DNA from: Haliotis cracherodii
Lineage: Eukaryota
NCBI RefSeq assembly: GCF_022045235.1
Contig: NW_027266319.1
Location: 36,022,001-36,086,000, forward strand
Direction: 5' to 3'
Length of the DNA: 64,000 bases
Made by a program: the position numbers and the translations under genes. Every line of letters begins with the position of its first letter. The stretch's first letter is position 1. The notes below the pieces were generated by a model, which was not told where the DNA came from, made no database searches, and worked only from the letters and a program-made list of their open reading frames with translations. Positions 14,801-26,472 of the stretch are shown here, one piece after another.

Positions 14801-17800
14801 TTATTAACAGATCGCCGTCATATAGCTGGAATATTGCTGAGTGCGGCGTTAAATAACAAACAAACAAACTGTTGTTAAAGAGTGCGGACAGTTTTTGGTA
14901 ACCCTAAAAACTACATATAAAAGAAGGGGTCTTCTGTGGCCTGTAATGTATGCTCATGTTAAGGACCATTGCCAAGGTGTGAAGTACAGAAAAAGTTATG
15001 AAGGTGTAAATGATCAGTCGAAAACCAATTTTTTTCATCGCGTTGATTAAGACGGCAGACTTTTTACCTTATTTTACCAATTTTGCTTTGATGTACAAAA
15101 AAACAGTAAGGTTATTGATTTATATATCTACCAGAAGCTTTTTCTCTATTCCTGAGGTGGGATGAAACCGTCGCGTTCAAGAGGATTTCACATGCATAGC
15201 GACGTTTATGCCGCTTGTTCTGCCACTTGTGTTAGTCCGGATTAATGTCGGTTTTATAGTACTAGCCCACTGAGAAACTTTACTGCAGTTTAACATATGT
15301 GTCCCACTCAGGCACAGTATTCTGACTCCGTGCCGACCAGTCGTTTTTCTATCCCCTTAATGTCAGACAGGGACACAAAAGTACCATCTGTCAACGTCTT
15401 TTTGTATGACGCGGTCAGGGATCGAATCACGGATATAGGCGGTTTGTTGTTTTTGAAACCATTTGACAACAGTTTTTGAGATATGCTTTGGAATCAAACC
15501 CCAATCGAGTCTAAGTCCAGCTTGTTTCCAATAAGTGCAAAGCTGTATGATTGAATAGCGAACGATGTTAGAGTTCTGCCCAGGAAGAGAAACGGAGAGG
15601 TGGATGGACAGACATACAAGCATGCTGGCATCTATAGCCCACTCTATTATGCATCGGGGAGGGGGCATATAGAAATGGATGTTTTTTATCTCTGATTTTG
15701 ATATTTAAAAATAACTATATTGATTAATCTGTTGACATTTCCATTGTCGACAATTGTTTGAATGACATGTTTAAGGGCTGCAAATGAGTCTTACATCCAG
15801 TCTCGTCCCGAAACCAGTCCGGACTAATTCCTCCACTTGACTCTGAATAGTGATCATTGCATTCCATATTCCGACCCAGGTTGCACCGTGACCGGATTCT
15901 CAGTGAAGGCGACCACACCGAGGGGATCGAGGTACATCCGGGTGGTGTTCTGCACGTGCCGGAAGTCAGTGACGACCAGGACGGGAAGTACACGTGCGTT
16001 GCTCTGTCGGGCGGCAACCTGTTCGAGATGTCGTCCTGGGTCAGCTTAACGGAGCCATGTCGACTGCGTAAGATAACACCTTTATGCCACGTCATATGTC
16101 AACACGCCTCAATATCTCATGGATGACTTGCGATCGTCGATTCGTGTTCATCGTTGATAATATCAGTTTCTCAATATATCACTCCAGGGGGATTTTGGGT
16201 CGTCTCGTTAGAAAGTCTGCCGATGTGGGATTTGCTGCCACTTCTGCAGCTCCTATTGCTGACCCTAAACTATATTTACAATCTTCTTATCGTTGTCTTC
16301 CTTAATCATTTACTTACAAAACCCAACTGAGTATTGTCAAAAGTGACTGTTGAATAAGGATTCCAGCCCAAAGACAAAAACGGTACGGGTTTAACAACAG
16401 GTTTATTGCATATAGCGACGTTTCGATGTAGATTCTTACACCGTTATTAAGCTGTCATGACAAGCGGCAGATTCACATTGACAACAACAGGTAATAGATA
16501 ACAAGTAGCATACAGATAATTGGATGAAGCCAGATGTACAGTTAGGATAACAAATAGCATACAGGTAACGAAGCACACGGGTAATGAAGCCAGATGTACA
16601 ATAAGGATAACAAATAGCATACAGGTAACGAAGTACACGGGTAATGAAGCCAGATGTACAATAAGGATAACAAATAGCATACAAGTAACGAAGCACACGG
16701 GCAGTGAAGCCAGATGTACAGTAAGGATAACAAATAGCATACAGGTAACGAAGCACACGGGTAATGAAGCCAGATGTACAGTAAGGATAACAAATAGCAT
16801 ACAGGTAACGAAGTACACGGGTAATGAAGCCAGATGTACAATAAGGATAACAAATAGCATACAGGTAACGAAGTACACGGGCAGTGAAGCCAGATGTACA
16901 ATAAGGATAACAAATAGCACACAGGTAATGAAGCCAGATGTACAGTAAGGATAACAAATAGCACACAGGTAATGAAGCCAGATGTACAGTAAGGATAACA
17001 AATAGCATACAGGTAACGAAGCACCCGGGTAATGAAGCCAGATGTACAGTAAGGATAACAAATAGCATACAGGTAATGAAGCCAGATGTACAGTAAGGAT
17101 AACAAATAGCACACAGGTAATGTAGTCAGATGTACAATAAGGATAACAAATAGCACACAGGTAATGAAGCACACGGGTAATGAAGCCAGATGTACAGTAA
17201 GGATAACAAATAGCACACAGGTAATGTAGTCAGATGTACAATAAGGATAACAAATAGCACGCAGGTAATGTAGCACACTGGTAATGAAGCCAGATGTACA
17301 ATAAGGATAACAAATAGCACACAGGTAACGAAGCACCCGGGTAATGAAGCCAGAAATACAGTAAGGATAACAAATAGCACACAGGTAACGAAGCACACGG
17401 GTAATGAAGCCAGATGTACAGTAAGGATAAGGATTAAAAGGATTATCATTAATCACCAACTTCTAGAAAACCAATCAAACAGTCCGTACGAGTTTGGGAT
17501 GACAAAATGGCGGGCCCAACGAAGACGCCACCGGTTTTTGTTTTCGATCTGGAAAGTTCACTATGACAAAGTAAAATGTTTGTCAAAATGGTTTCTTGTC
17601 GTTTTCCAATCGTGTAAGAAACCCTTCATGAGAAAATGTTTCAGTAATGCTTTGGGTAATTGAATGCATGTGGTCACGATCTGTGACTATATATGTGTCT
17701 GTGTGTCGCCGCTAGGTGTTGAGAAGGCGCCCCAGAATATGACGGTGGAGGAGGGTGGCAGTGCCATACTACAGTGTTTTGTACCAGATGCGGAACACAC

Positions 17801-20800
17801 CATGTGGAGGAAAAATGGAGAAATCATCAAATTTGACAGAAGGAAGAAGGTTTGTTTCCGAAATGAGTGCATTCATGGGCGATGGGTTGTGGTTAAAACA
17901 ATTATAGTGATCAGGGTGTGACAGCGTCACACATGACATGGTCGGGATGTGACAGCGTCACACAGGGCATGGTCAGGACGTGACAGTCACACATGGCATG
18001 ATCGGGACGTGACAGCTTAAACAGGGCGTGGTCGGGATGTGACAGCGTCATACAGGGCATGGTCAGGATGTGACAGTCACACAGGGCATGATCGGGATGT
18101 GACAGCGTCATACATGGCATGATCAGGATGTGACAGCGTCATATAGGGCATGATCAGGATGTGACAGCGTCATATAGGGCATGATCCAAACGTGACAGTG
18201 TCATACAGGGCATGATCAGGATGTGACAGCATCATACAGGGCATGAACCTGACAGCATCTTACGGGGCACGATCACAATGTAACAGCGTCATACAGGGCA
18301 TCAAGAGGATGTGACAGCGTCATACAGGGCACGACAGGATGTGACAGCGTCATACAGGGCACGACAGGACGTGACAGCATCATACAGAGCATGATCAGGA
18401 TGTGACAGCGTCATGCAGAGCATGATCAGGATGTGACAGCATCACACGGGGCACGACAGGATGTGACAGCGTCATACAGGGCACTATCAGGATGCTACAG
18501 CGTCATACAGGGCACGATCAGGATGTTCCGCGGTGGTCCACTATTGCTAATGTTGCACTAATTAGAGTCAGATATAACATCTTAACCTCGTCAGGGTTAA
18601 CCTGTTTGGTCATGTGGACAAGTTGCCCGACCAATTGTCGGAAGGTACGTTGTTCGAATCCAAACACATACGTCGCCTCATATGACGAGACGGGCAAGCT
18701 GGATATTTCATACATACAAACCATTGTAGCTTCAGAGGTTGATCCTGATTACAAGTCACGCGTCATGGTAGGAGTTTAAGAAGCCTCCTGCAGTGTCACT
18801 CTGTATCTCTGTCCCATTAGTTCAATGCTGCAACTCGCTGTCCTGCATCGGTGTGTGCAACTTCCTACCGGTGGCTGCATACTGCGCATGTCATGTGCCG
18901 TTCCGAGCCGATGGTGGTGGTGACGTTTAAGGGCGAAGGGAAAAGGTCTACTTGTACCCAAAAGATATCGTATTCGACGTAATAAGGGCCCAGTGCGCTC
19001 TCAAAACTAGAAATACGAGGCTCTTATTAGAACCTTATTTTGGTGAGAACAATAACAGAGTTGAACGATAAATTTCGTGGTTTATGCTGACAGTCTGAAA
19101 TATTTATATTCGACAGATGTATTTTTCCCGAATTTAATTGCCAATAATAAAGGGTGCACATAACACACGAGTGCGTATTATATGCGAATAGGGGTCGGAA
19201 GGGGTGCTTATTGGGATTGTTCACTGGCCAAAAAATTTGCAAATCTCGCCGTGGGCGCTTATTAGATCGGGGCGCTTATTACGTCGAATGCGGTATATGG
19301 AGTTATAAATGACAATCTATTCCTCTGCTTCATTGAGCGTTTGTGCGTCCACATTGTCAGGATTCGCTGTTGTTCCTTTACACTATTTCCCTCATTTTTT
19401 ATGCTGTTCATACCCATGACACATCTCTCACCTGTATGTGGGGGGCACGGGTGGCCCAGTCGTCTAAGGCGCCGCGATTCGCTGTGCAGAGTTGCGTCCC
19501 TTGGGCACGCCAGAAACCTATGATTGTGGGTTCGAATCCCGGTTCGCCCCAATTATGTTTCTAGGTTTGTCAGCACCATACCCGTGCTCGTGGGTTTCAC
19601 CGAAGTGGTAAACGTCTGAGACCTGCATCACTTCGGGCTTTCCTCCCACATTAAGCTGACACGCCGCGATATAACTGGAATACTGTTAAAAGCTGCGTTA
19701 AACCCAACTCACACACTCACTCACTCACCTGTATGTTTTCTGTGTCAGATCCTGGTGAACAACTACCTAGTTCTCGATCAGATTGTGGAAACGGACGCTG
19801 GCGAATACACGTGCGCGGCACGTGCGTCAAACGGCTGTTCGGCCAGGGTATCCGCCACTTTGACAATCGATGGTATCGGCCACAAGAAAGGTTTGTTGAC
19901 ATCAAAATACTGTTATGCAGACACACACCGTGACCCTACCTCATTGACTAATCTCCATGTGGATTCACTTTGTTCGTTGTCCGTCACAGACTTAACAGGC
20001 CTAGAAGAGTTGTTAAATGGAGGAGTGATGCCCCGTTCCCCAAATCGATCTTAGGGTTACGACTCTCGTAAGTCTTTGTTGGAGTATATATCGTCTTACG
20101 CTAAGGTCGCTTTTGGACCGGGGCTCTTGGCGCCGTTGTGCATAGCGATCTTAGCGCTAAGGTGGTCGTAATTATGCCCCCATTTCACTACCACCACGAA
20201 TATCCGAATCACCCCGAATAGGAAATTGTTCATGTTCGTAGATAAATCCCAATCATTTCTTGAAGTTCTTAAATGAATCTAATTTGACTCCCAAACATTC
20301 GTACAGTTCGCGGGAGTTCGTCGAATCGGCAAAGTTTGTCAAAAACTTTCGTGGAAGGCTCCCCGAATTGCAATTTCGTGGCTGCATCGTAACGTTCTTA
20401 ACGTTCCGTAACAGCTTCGTAATCGATTCTTTTGCATTCTTGGCTATTCTTAGCGATTCGTGGCTCCCAAAATTTCTTGTCCTCAACCCGAAAAAGCTAC
20501 GAATCATGTAAGAATTAAGTAAGAACAACATTCGGCATATTCGTAACTTAGTCGTAGGTGATTCTTACCATTCGTGCATGATCCGTACATGAATTCATAC
20601 ATGTTTCTTGACCCATTTTTGGCATCTTTCATATTTTTCAACCCGATTAGCCACGAAAGTTTGCATTATTGGCCGAATCATCACGAATTTCGAAAGTGTC
20701 CGATTCGGGGTGATTCGGGATATCCGTGGCCGTAGTGAAAGGCGGTCGTAACTCCCATAGCTTAACATAGTCTTACTGTCATCGTAACCCTAAGGTTGTC

Positions 20801-22711
20801 TTGCACAACGGCACCCTGGTCAGTTGGGTGTAATTAAGTTATATTGAGAAGTGCTGATGAAAGATGTAAATTCCACCACGCATTCAAAGGGGGAGCAAAT
20901 ATTGGCATGAAGTCACAATCTCTCGTCTGTACTTTCACTGGGACAAAATGCATCTTGGCCCATATTCTAATTAGTAATTCATCCCAGTTCCACGAGGGAC
21001 GAGTGTTCGTTTGTTGTTTGATGTTTAACGCCGTTCTAAGAAATATCCCAGCTGTATGACGGTGGTCTGTAAAAAAAGGTGTCTGGACTAGACAATCCAG
21101 TGATTGACATCATGATCATCGATCCACGCTATTGGGATACGATGACATGCATCAACCAAGTTAGCGAACCTGGCCACTCGATCCCTTTAGTCGTCTCTTA
21201 GGAAAGGCATAGTCATCTCTTACGGCAAGCATGGGTTTCTGAAGACCTATTCTACCCCGAATCTTCACGGTCTGAGGGACGAGTGATGAATGACATGTTG
21301 TGTTTCAGCTTGTGGGCGGCCCAAGGTGGTCAAGGAGGCAGGTCGAGGGGGGCGTATCGCCAGCGGGAAGGAGGTCCTGGAGGGGGAATCCCCATGGCAC
21401 GTGATCATCAGAGACAAGCGACATGTGAGTCACTCCATTCACGATCACAGCTGTTTCAGCTGCTTTCACCCATGCAAATTTTCAGCCTGAATAGGTCACC
21501 AGACGTGCTTGTGGGCAAACTAAAATTACGATCAGATACCCAACTAACATAAAAATGGGGTCAGTGTTTAGGCGTAAATCTCCCAATAACCACCCTGATG
21601 TATTACGAACAGAAGGAGTCATGGTGTGGGAGCCATATCCAGTCTAGTTCTAGACGTTGTCGCTCGTGCAGTGTGGCAAACTGATATGAACAGTTTCTAT
21701 GTGTATTTAAGAGGCGGTCGGGTAGCATAGTGGTCAAAGCGTTCGCTCGTCACGCCGATGACCCGAGTTCGATTCCCGACATGGGTACAATGCGTGAAGC
21801 TCATTTCTGGTATTGCTGGAATATTGCTAAAAGCGGCGTAAAACCATACTCACTCACAGTGTATTTAAGGCAGTCGCAAACTAACTACATAATAAAATAT
21901 ATTCATCAGACTAATGACGTGGCGTTTAAACGACCCGACTAAACTTTCCTGGGGCTGCCAACTGACTCAACCTATTTCCTCTAAAAGTAATATGTTGTTA
22001 TTTCAGACAGATGCGTTCTGTGGGGGATCACTGATCAACACACAGTGGTTCTTGACCGCTGCCCACTGTGTCGAACAATTCGAGAAGTCGTACCGCACTC
22101 CATTCTCCAAAGAAGATGTAGACATTTACGTCGGCACCGTGCGCTGCGACGGAAAACAGGGCATACAACGTCGGCTCAAACACTACATACTGCATCCTGA
22201 GTTCAAGGGACATAACTTTGATAACGACGTTGCGCTGTTTCAACTTGATCAGCCGGTAGAGTTCAGTGACCTCGTAATGCCGATTTGCTTGGAGAGGGAA
22301 CTACTTGTGAACGAACTACTTCGTGGCGGAAGGGTCGGAATGATTACAGGTTGTGGTAGTTTGTATGAAAACGGCATGTTACCAACGTTCCTACGAGAGG
22401 TTAGCATTCCATACGTCAACCGACCAGTGTGTGAAAGAAGTGCCAAAAGTGTTAACACATCTTTCACTTCCGGGATGATATGCGCTGGGTACTCTCGGCG
22501 CATGCGCGGTGATGCTTGTCACGGCGACAGTGGTGGCCCGTATGTAATGGAATATGGCGGTCGCTGGATCCAGGTCGGAATTGTTTCTTGGGGAGTGGGA
22601 TGCGACCAGGAAAACCAATATGGCTACTATACACATGTGTCCAGATATCATGACTGGATTCTAGATAACTCAGTTGAGAGTGAGGTAGAAGATTACGAAA
22701 TGGAGAACTAA
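2113..22711 (+). CDS. Secreted modular serine protease: signal peptide-CUB-CUB-CUB-EGF-EGF-Ig-Ig-trypsin-like domain (MASP-related/clotting-factor-like), 16 coding exons
   Basis: Exons joined in frame at GT-AG sites: 2113(or 2128)-2233 (MQFFYTAWRVFTLAVWISSTWA signal peptide), 2990-3161 (CGG..ESPGFPEFYPSDLDCLWVI), 5112-~5281 (runs into N gap), 6024-6136 (ITSPGYPLAYP), 7419-7521 (CDFDYVAVHDG), 8631-8828, 8966/8969-9166 (FTSPKYPDAYPHNSRC), 10556-10726, 12207-12288 and 13224-13395 (EGF CNNGGTC, CHNGGTC), 14219-14328, 15880-16067 (DGKYTCVA), 17716-17849, 19749-19890 (DAGEYTCAA), 21309-21424 (CGRP..R/IASG..SPW), 22007-22711 (TAAHC, DVAL, GDSGGP). AATAAA follows at 22723. Confidence 0.9.
3210..3525. 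mobile_element. Foldback-like MITE with internal ~21-bp repeats
   Basis: TIR acggaagcctt / aaggcttccgt, flanked by direct repeat attttctt. The interior is aagatactaagttgaaatttc units in inverted orientation. Confidence 0.8.
5282..5453. other. Assembly gap (N run)
   Basis: Run of n. It hides the donor of protease exon 3 and abuts a low-complexity repeat. Confidence 0.99.
5454..5865. repeat. Low-complexity (CACTA)n-derived minisatellite
   Basis: cactacactatcaggca units grading into pure (ctaca)n. Confidence 0.9.
6801..7345. mobile_element. Non-autonomous DNA transposon with long TIRs and 9-bp TSD (Mutator-like MITE)
   Basis: TIR catcttcccgaggcaag..agtccagtttccacccttgccgaact. TSD TGTAAAGAC at 6792-6800 and 7346-7354. 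Confidence 0.9.
10793..11025 (+). mobile_element. Family D interspersed element (SINE-like, (CAAA)n tail)
   Basis: Other copies at about 3670-3925, 6145-6375, 14400-14600, 14625-14868, 21005-21270(-), 33640-33835(-), 57928-58190 and 63875-64000. Confidence 0.8.
11567..11955 (+). mobile_element. tRNA-derived SINE family C (~370 bp, internal (CA)n, (CACCT)n tail)
   Basis: Head gtggtctagtggtagagcg..ggttcgatcccc, central cataccaaaagacgttaaaagatggtac block. Other copies at about 2465-2690, 15270-15425(-), 24785-25330 (interrupted), 58900-59250 (TSD ttctttcttatca) and 61207-61565 (TSD ctttatctg). Confidence 0.88.
12952..13115 (-). mobile_element. tRNA-derived SINE family A (~160 bp, (CTCA)n tail)
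   Basis: A box tagcctagtgg, B box ggttcgattcc, TSD tcacatgtatga. Other copies at about 6557-6702(-), 9411-9570, 12710-12860(-), 21711-21858, 24122-24276, 40800-40898(-), 46237-46402, 46937-47100, 52940-53075 and 62360-62490. Confidence 0.9.
13858..14030. repeat. Short minisatellite (~34-43 bp, ~5 copies)
   Basis: gatccagctatggacgcatgt..catcatctgg repeated. Confidence 0.8.
16490..17430. repeat. Minisatellite, 60-bp unit with 44-bp deletion variants
   Basis: gtaatgaagccagatgtacaataaggataacaaatagcatacaggtaacgaagcacacgg repeated in a protease intron. Confidence 0.95.
17912..18525. repeat. Minisatellite, 30-31-bp unit, ~20 copies
   Basis: caggatgtgacagcgtcatacagggcatgat repeated, starting ~60 bp after the donor at 17850. 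Confidence 0.93.
18968..19293. mobile_element. Tc1/mariner-pogo-type MITE (TA target)
   Basis: TIR cgtattcgacgtaataag / cttattacgtcgaatgcgg flanked by TA. A second copy lies at 25565-25883. Confidence 0.8.
19440..19725 (+). mobile_element. tRNA(Leu-like)-derived SINE family B (~285 bp)
   Basis: gtggcccagtcgtctaaggcgcc ... gtgggttcgaatccc head, TSD ctcacctgtatgt. Other copies at about 8251-8420, 11140-11410(-), 25044-25264(-), 47378-47656 and 56640-56860(-). Confidence 0.88.
20175..20743. mobile_element. MITE (PIF/Harbinger-like) nested in a smaller TIR element (~20130-20818)
   Basis: Inner TIR tttcactac..cacgaatatccgaatcaccccgaat and its reverse complement. Outer TIR gccgttgtgca / tgcacaacggc. 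Confidence 0.65.
22007..22711 (+). CDS. Terminal exon with most of the trypsin-like (S1A) catalytic domain
   Basis: ORF 21914-22711 contains LTAAHC, DNDVALFQL and GDACHGDSGGP (Asp189 specificity pocket). Acceptor tttcag ends at 22006. Confidence 0.95.
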   Translation, partial: TDAFCGGSLINTQWFLTAAHCVEQFEKSYRTPFSKEDVDIYVGTVRCDGKQGIQRRLKHYILHPEFKGHNFDNDVALFQLDQPVEFSDLVMPICLERELLVNELLRGGRVGMITGCGSLYENGMLPTFLREVSIPYVNRPVCERSAKSVNTSFTSGMICAGYSRRMRGDACHGDSGGPYVMEYGGRWIQVGIVSWGVGCDQENQYGYYTHVSRYHDWILDNSVESEVEDYEMEN

Positions 22712-23155
22712 TATGAAGGACTAATAAATGAAAATATCCAACGTAAATAGCGCCTATGGGGCTGTTTTGTCATTGCTTCTCCGTCAGACGTCTTGTCATC
22801 CCTAATGACTTGCAATCAGGACACGATCAAAGGGCCAATCTACCTGTGGGGACATGTCGAAACTCACTGATAACGGAGACAGTGATACGGCTTGGTGAGC
22901 AGATGAGCGGAGAGCAATATCTGCCTTTTCGTGTATTGTATGTTGTTCAGTAATCATGGTAATAGGGCCTGAACATGAGGATCGTATGGATTAAAACATA
23001 GGAATTGGTTAGTTGGAAACTTCTTGTTCATCGGTCAAGTATCCAGTGTATATACAGACAAAGAAGTTTTCACATGTGTCCGCAACACATTTGTCAAGGT
23101 CGGTACTTAAAGAAATCTAGGGGCAAATAGGCATCCCATCTTTATTCATGTTGTT

Positions 23156-23182
23156 CAGCAGCAGCAGCAGCAGCAGCAGCAG
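23156..23182. repeat. (CAG)n microsatellite
   Basis: About 9 perfect CAG units downstream of the protease gene. Confidence 0.9.
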
Positions 23183-23989
23183 TCCAGCAGCTTATGTCCA
23201 TCTCACTTACCCGGAGACAATGTCTACGGTTCACAAAATGGCGCAAATTACAGTGTCTTAACCTAGACTGAAAATTGTCTCCATGCAGACGTGGAGCATA
23301 GCCTCCCTGTAAATGTGTTCCAACAAGCTCCTTCCTAGCGGGTGACACCTTCGTTACACTCTCGGTAACACCTTCGTTACACTCTCGGTAACATCGCTGC
23401 CACCAGTGTGGGTGGGGCCATCACAAGAATCTTGAAATTTGCCCTCTAACCCCATATTAGCAACGTTTATACTTTTGTTTATGTCTTTGAGAAAGCCATC
23501 ATATTTCATTTTGAAAAGGTTTACGACTGACCATGTTTTCCAGATGAATTTACTTTGCTGTTTGTATCATCAGATTGGTTCGAGATTGCAGACTAACGGA
23601 AAATCAACCAACTTCTCCCTTACATTCTTACTAAATCAATAACACGACAGTTTTAATGAAACAGAAATTCAAATTGACAAACGAAGAAAGTAATTTAGCA
23701 GCGATAAGTGTATTCGGCGTAACGACAGTCGTCACTTGTTTGTAAACATAACGGTCATTCGGTTGCGAGTTCAACTCCAAGCATGGTTGTGGCCACCTAT
23801 TCACAGTGGGGAGTTTTGACTGGTGGCAGCGATAGTATAATATCATCGATGTGATGACTGTTTCCTGAAATTGTCCGATGTGCCGTAGTATGTGTATGAC
23901 CAATGTACTGCCATGGCCAGTACACTCTGTACGAAGACCACATGTTGTCAAATGTATTCCAGATATGTGACAGCCTGTACATTATCATT

Positions 23990-24584
23990 TCTTCCCGAAA
24001 CATTATAAGTCCAGTTTCCACCCTTGCCGAATTTGTTTGGAATTTCTGGGCTCGATCGTAGCACCACCAGTGGCTATTACGAGTTATGCCCCTTCAATGT
24101 CCCTCCATCTCTCATATCACTGGGGCGGTCGGGTAGCCTTGTGGGTAAAGCGTTCGCTCGTCACGCCGGACCCGGGTTCGATTTCCGACATGGGTACAAT
24201 ATGTGAAGCCAATTTCTGGTGTCCCCCGCCGTGATATTGCTGGAATATTGTTAAAAGCGGCGTAAAACCTCACTCACTCTCATATCACTTGCATTTGCTT
24301 CAAACAAACTGCCGGCGCCCAGTCAAGACGATCACGTGAACACCTTGATTAGCAGCATGAAAGAATTTGGAAAATAGCTGTTGACATCGAGATGACGGTA
24401 CACATGCTTTACAAATCCTGCAATCGACCGAATTCTGCACGGCAGTTGACGAATCGGATGTCGATTTCGTTACGCGATTTTGATTGGACTATGCATTGAC
24501 TCGTTACTCCATCCAAGACAAAACATAATTCCTGCCTTGTTCGGCAAGGGTGGAAACTGGACTTTTATATGCATCGGGAAGATG
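23990..24584. mobile_element. Diverged copy of the Mutator-like MITE with a nested tRNA-SINE (24122-24276)
   Basis: Same TIR and interior. The SINE is flanked by TSD ctctcatatcact (24109-24121, 24277-24289). Further fragments of the MITE lie at about 4185-4296 and 11958-12036. Confidence 0.8.
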
Positions 24585-26472
24585 GTAAGTTATTGATTCT
24601 GGACTCGACAATCTAAGACCCATTATAAACTAAGCCACCCGAACAGTTTGGTCGCCTCTTACTGCCAGGTTACTGGGGAATTATTCTAACCACGGGGTAC
24701 AGACCGTTTGCCACCACGATACATAGAACTATACCAAGTAATATAGCGCATCTAATCCAGATACTCCCTGCTCAGGAGGGATCGACCGCCTCTGTCGTCC
24801 AGTGGTAGAGCGTCCGCCCGGAGATGCAAGGTCCGGAGTTCGATCCCCGTTCGCGTCATACCAAAAGACGTAAAAAATGGTACTTGTTGTTACGATGCCT
24901 GGCGCTCGGCTTTAAGGGGCTAAAGCAAGGACGGGTCGGCTCGGAGTCCGTATACAGACTCTGAGTGGGGTATTCGTGTTATACTGCGGTATAGTATCTC
25001 AGCAGGCTAGCACTACAAACCGGCATTAGTCTGGACTAGTAAAGTGAGTGAGTTGGGTTTAACGCCGCTTTTAACAGTATTCCAGTCATATCACGGCGTG
25101 TCAGCTTAATGTTGGAGGAAAGCCCGAAGTGATGCAGGTCTCAGACGTTAACCACTTCGGTGAAACCCACGAGTACGGGTATGGTGCTGACAAACCTAGA
25201 AACATAATTGGGGCGAACCGGGATTCGAACCCACAATCATAGGTTTCTGGCGTGCCTAAGGGACGGACTAGTACAGGCAGCCACACACACATATACGTGC
25301 AATAACCTTGGGCCCAATTTCACCTCACCTCAAGAGCGACAAGTCATATGCTATTTTGAAGAAGATGTTCTTACGTGTTGATCGGTAGCTGCTGATATTC
25401 TCGGATGTTCTGACATCCACTGGAAGCTCATTCCATAGAGTAGCGCCAGTTTTGCGAAAGGTTCTGTTTCCATGCGTTGCTCTCCGGGTGCCACCACCAT
25501 CTGTTTTACTGCCCAGGGAACAAACTTACCCCATTGACTGTGACAGTCCATGGTGGCAATAATACCGTATTCGACGTAATAAGCGTCCAGGGCGCTCTTA
25601 AAATTAGAAATAGAGGGCTCTTATTAGAATATTATTTTGGTGAAGAAAACAGAGTTAAAAGATCGTAAATTTCGTGGTTTATGCTGACAGCCTGAAATGT
25701 TAATACACGACAGTTATATTTTTCCCGAATTTAATTGCCCATAATTAAGGGTGCATATCACACACGGGTGCGTATAATACAAGTCTTGTATACATTGATT
25801 TATCGGAAGGGTGCTATTTGGGGTTGTTCACCAGCTGATATATTAGCAAATATCTCTGTCGGCGCTTATTACGTCGATTTCGGTATGTTACAATACGATG
25901 TTAAAGAAACGTTAATGCTGAACGTACGGAGGCAGATCTCCAAAAGCGTTAATGAATCGCTATCTTATCTCTAACTGATCTCCATGAGCGTCAAGGTCGC
26001 CGCCTGTCGACTCCCGGCACAAAAATCCGTGGCGCTCCGCTCAGAATGCCGTCAGATCGCTACTTGATCGCCAAGGTCGTAATCAGAGCGCTACTTGATC
26101 GCCAAGATCGTAATCAGAGCGCTATCGTATCACCTTAGAGCGCCGCCGATCGCCACGAAAGACTGGGACCTACCGTTCTGCTACCAAGCGTAAATCTGAT
26201 GAGCGCCTCAGAAGCTACTAGTTTTTTTATAGGATCGGACCCCAAATTCGGCAATCGGGTCGCAATAGGATCCCATAGAGCGCCAATTGAGTGCTAATGG
26301 ATCTCTATAGGTCGCCTAGATCGCTATCGGATCGGAGTGGAGCGCATTAGATCGCAGCGATCACCATCGTATCGCAGATAGAGCGCCATTGGATCGCATC
26401 CTGATCGCCTTGGATCGCAAAAGGAGCGGGAACTGATCGTGCAAGATAGCCACGTTTTGGGTTGTTTGGTTA

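Noticed and set aside
16436-17459. Several 200-300-aa ORFs on -
   Set aside because: Translations of the 60/44-bp minisatellite with no domain signal.
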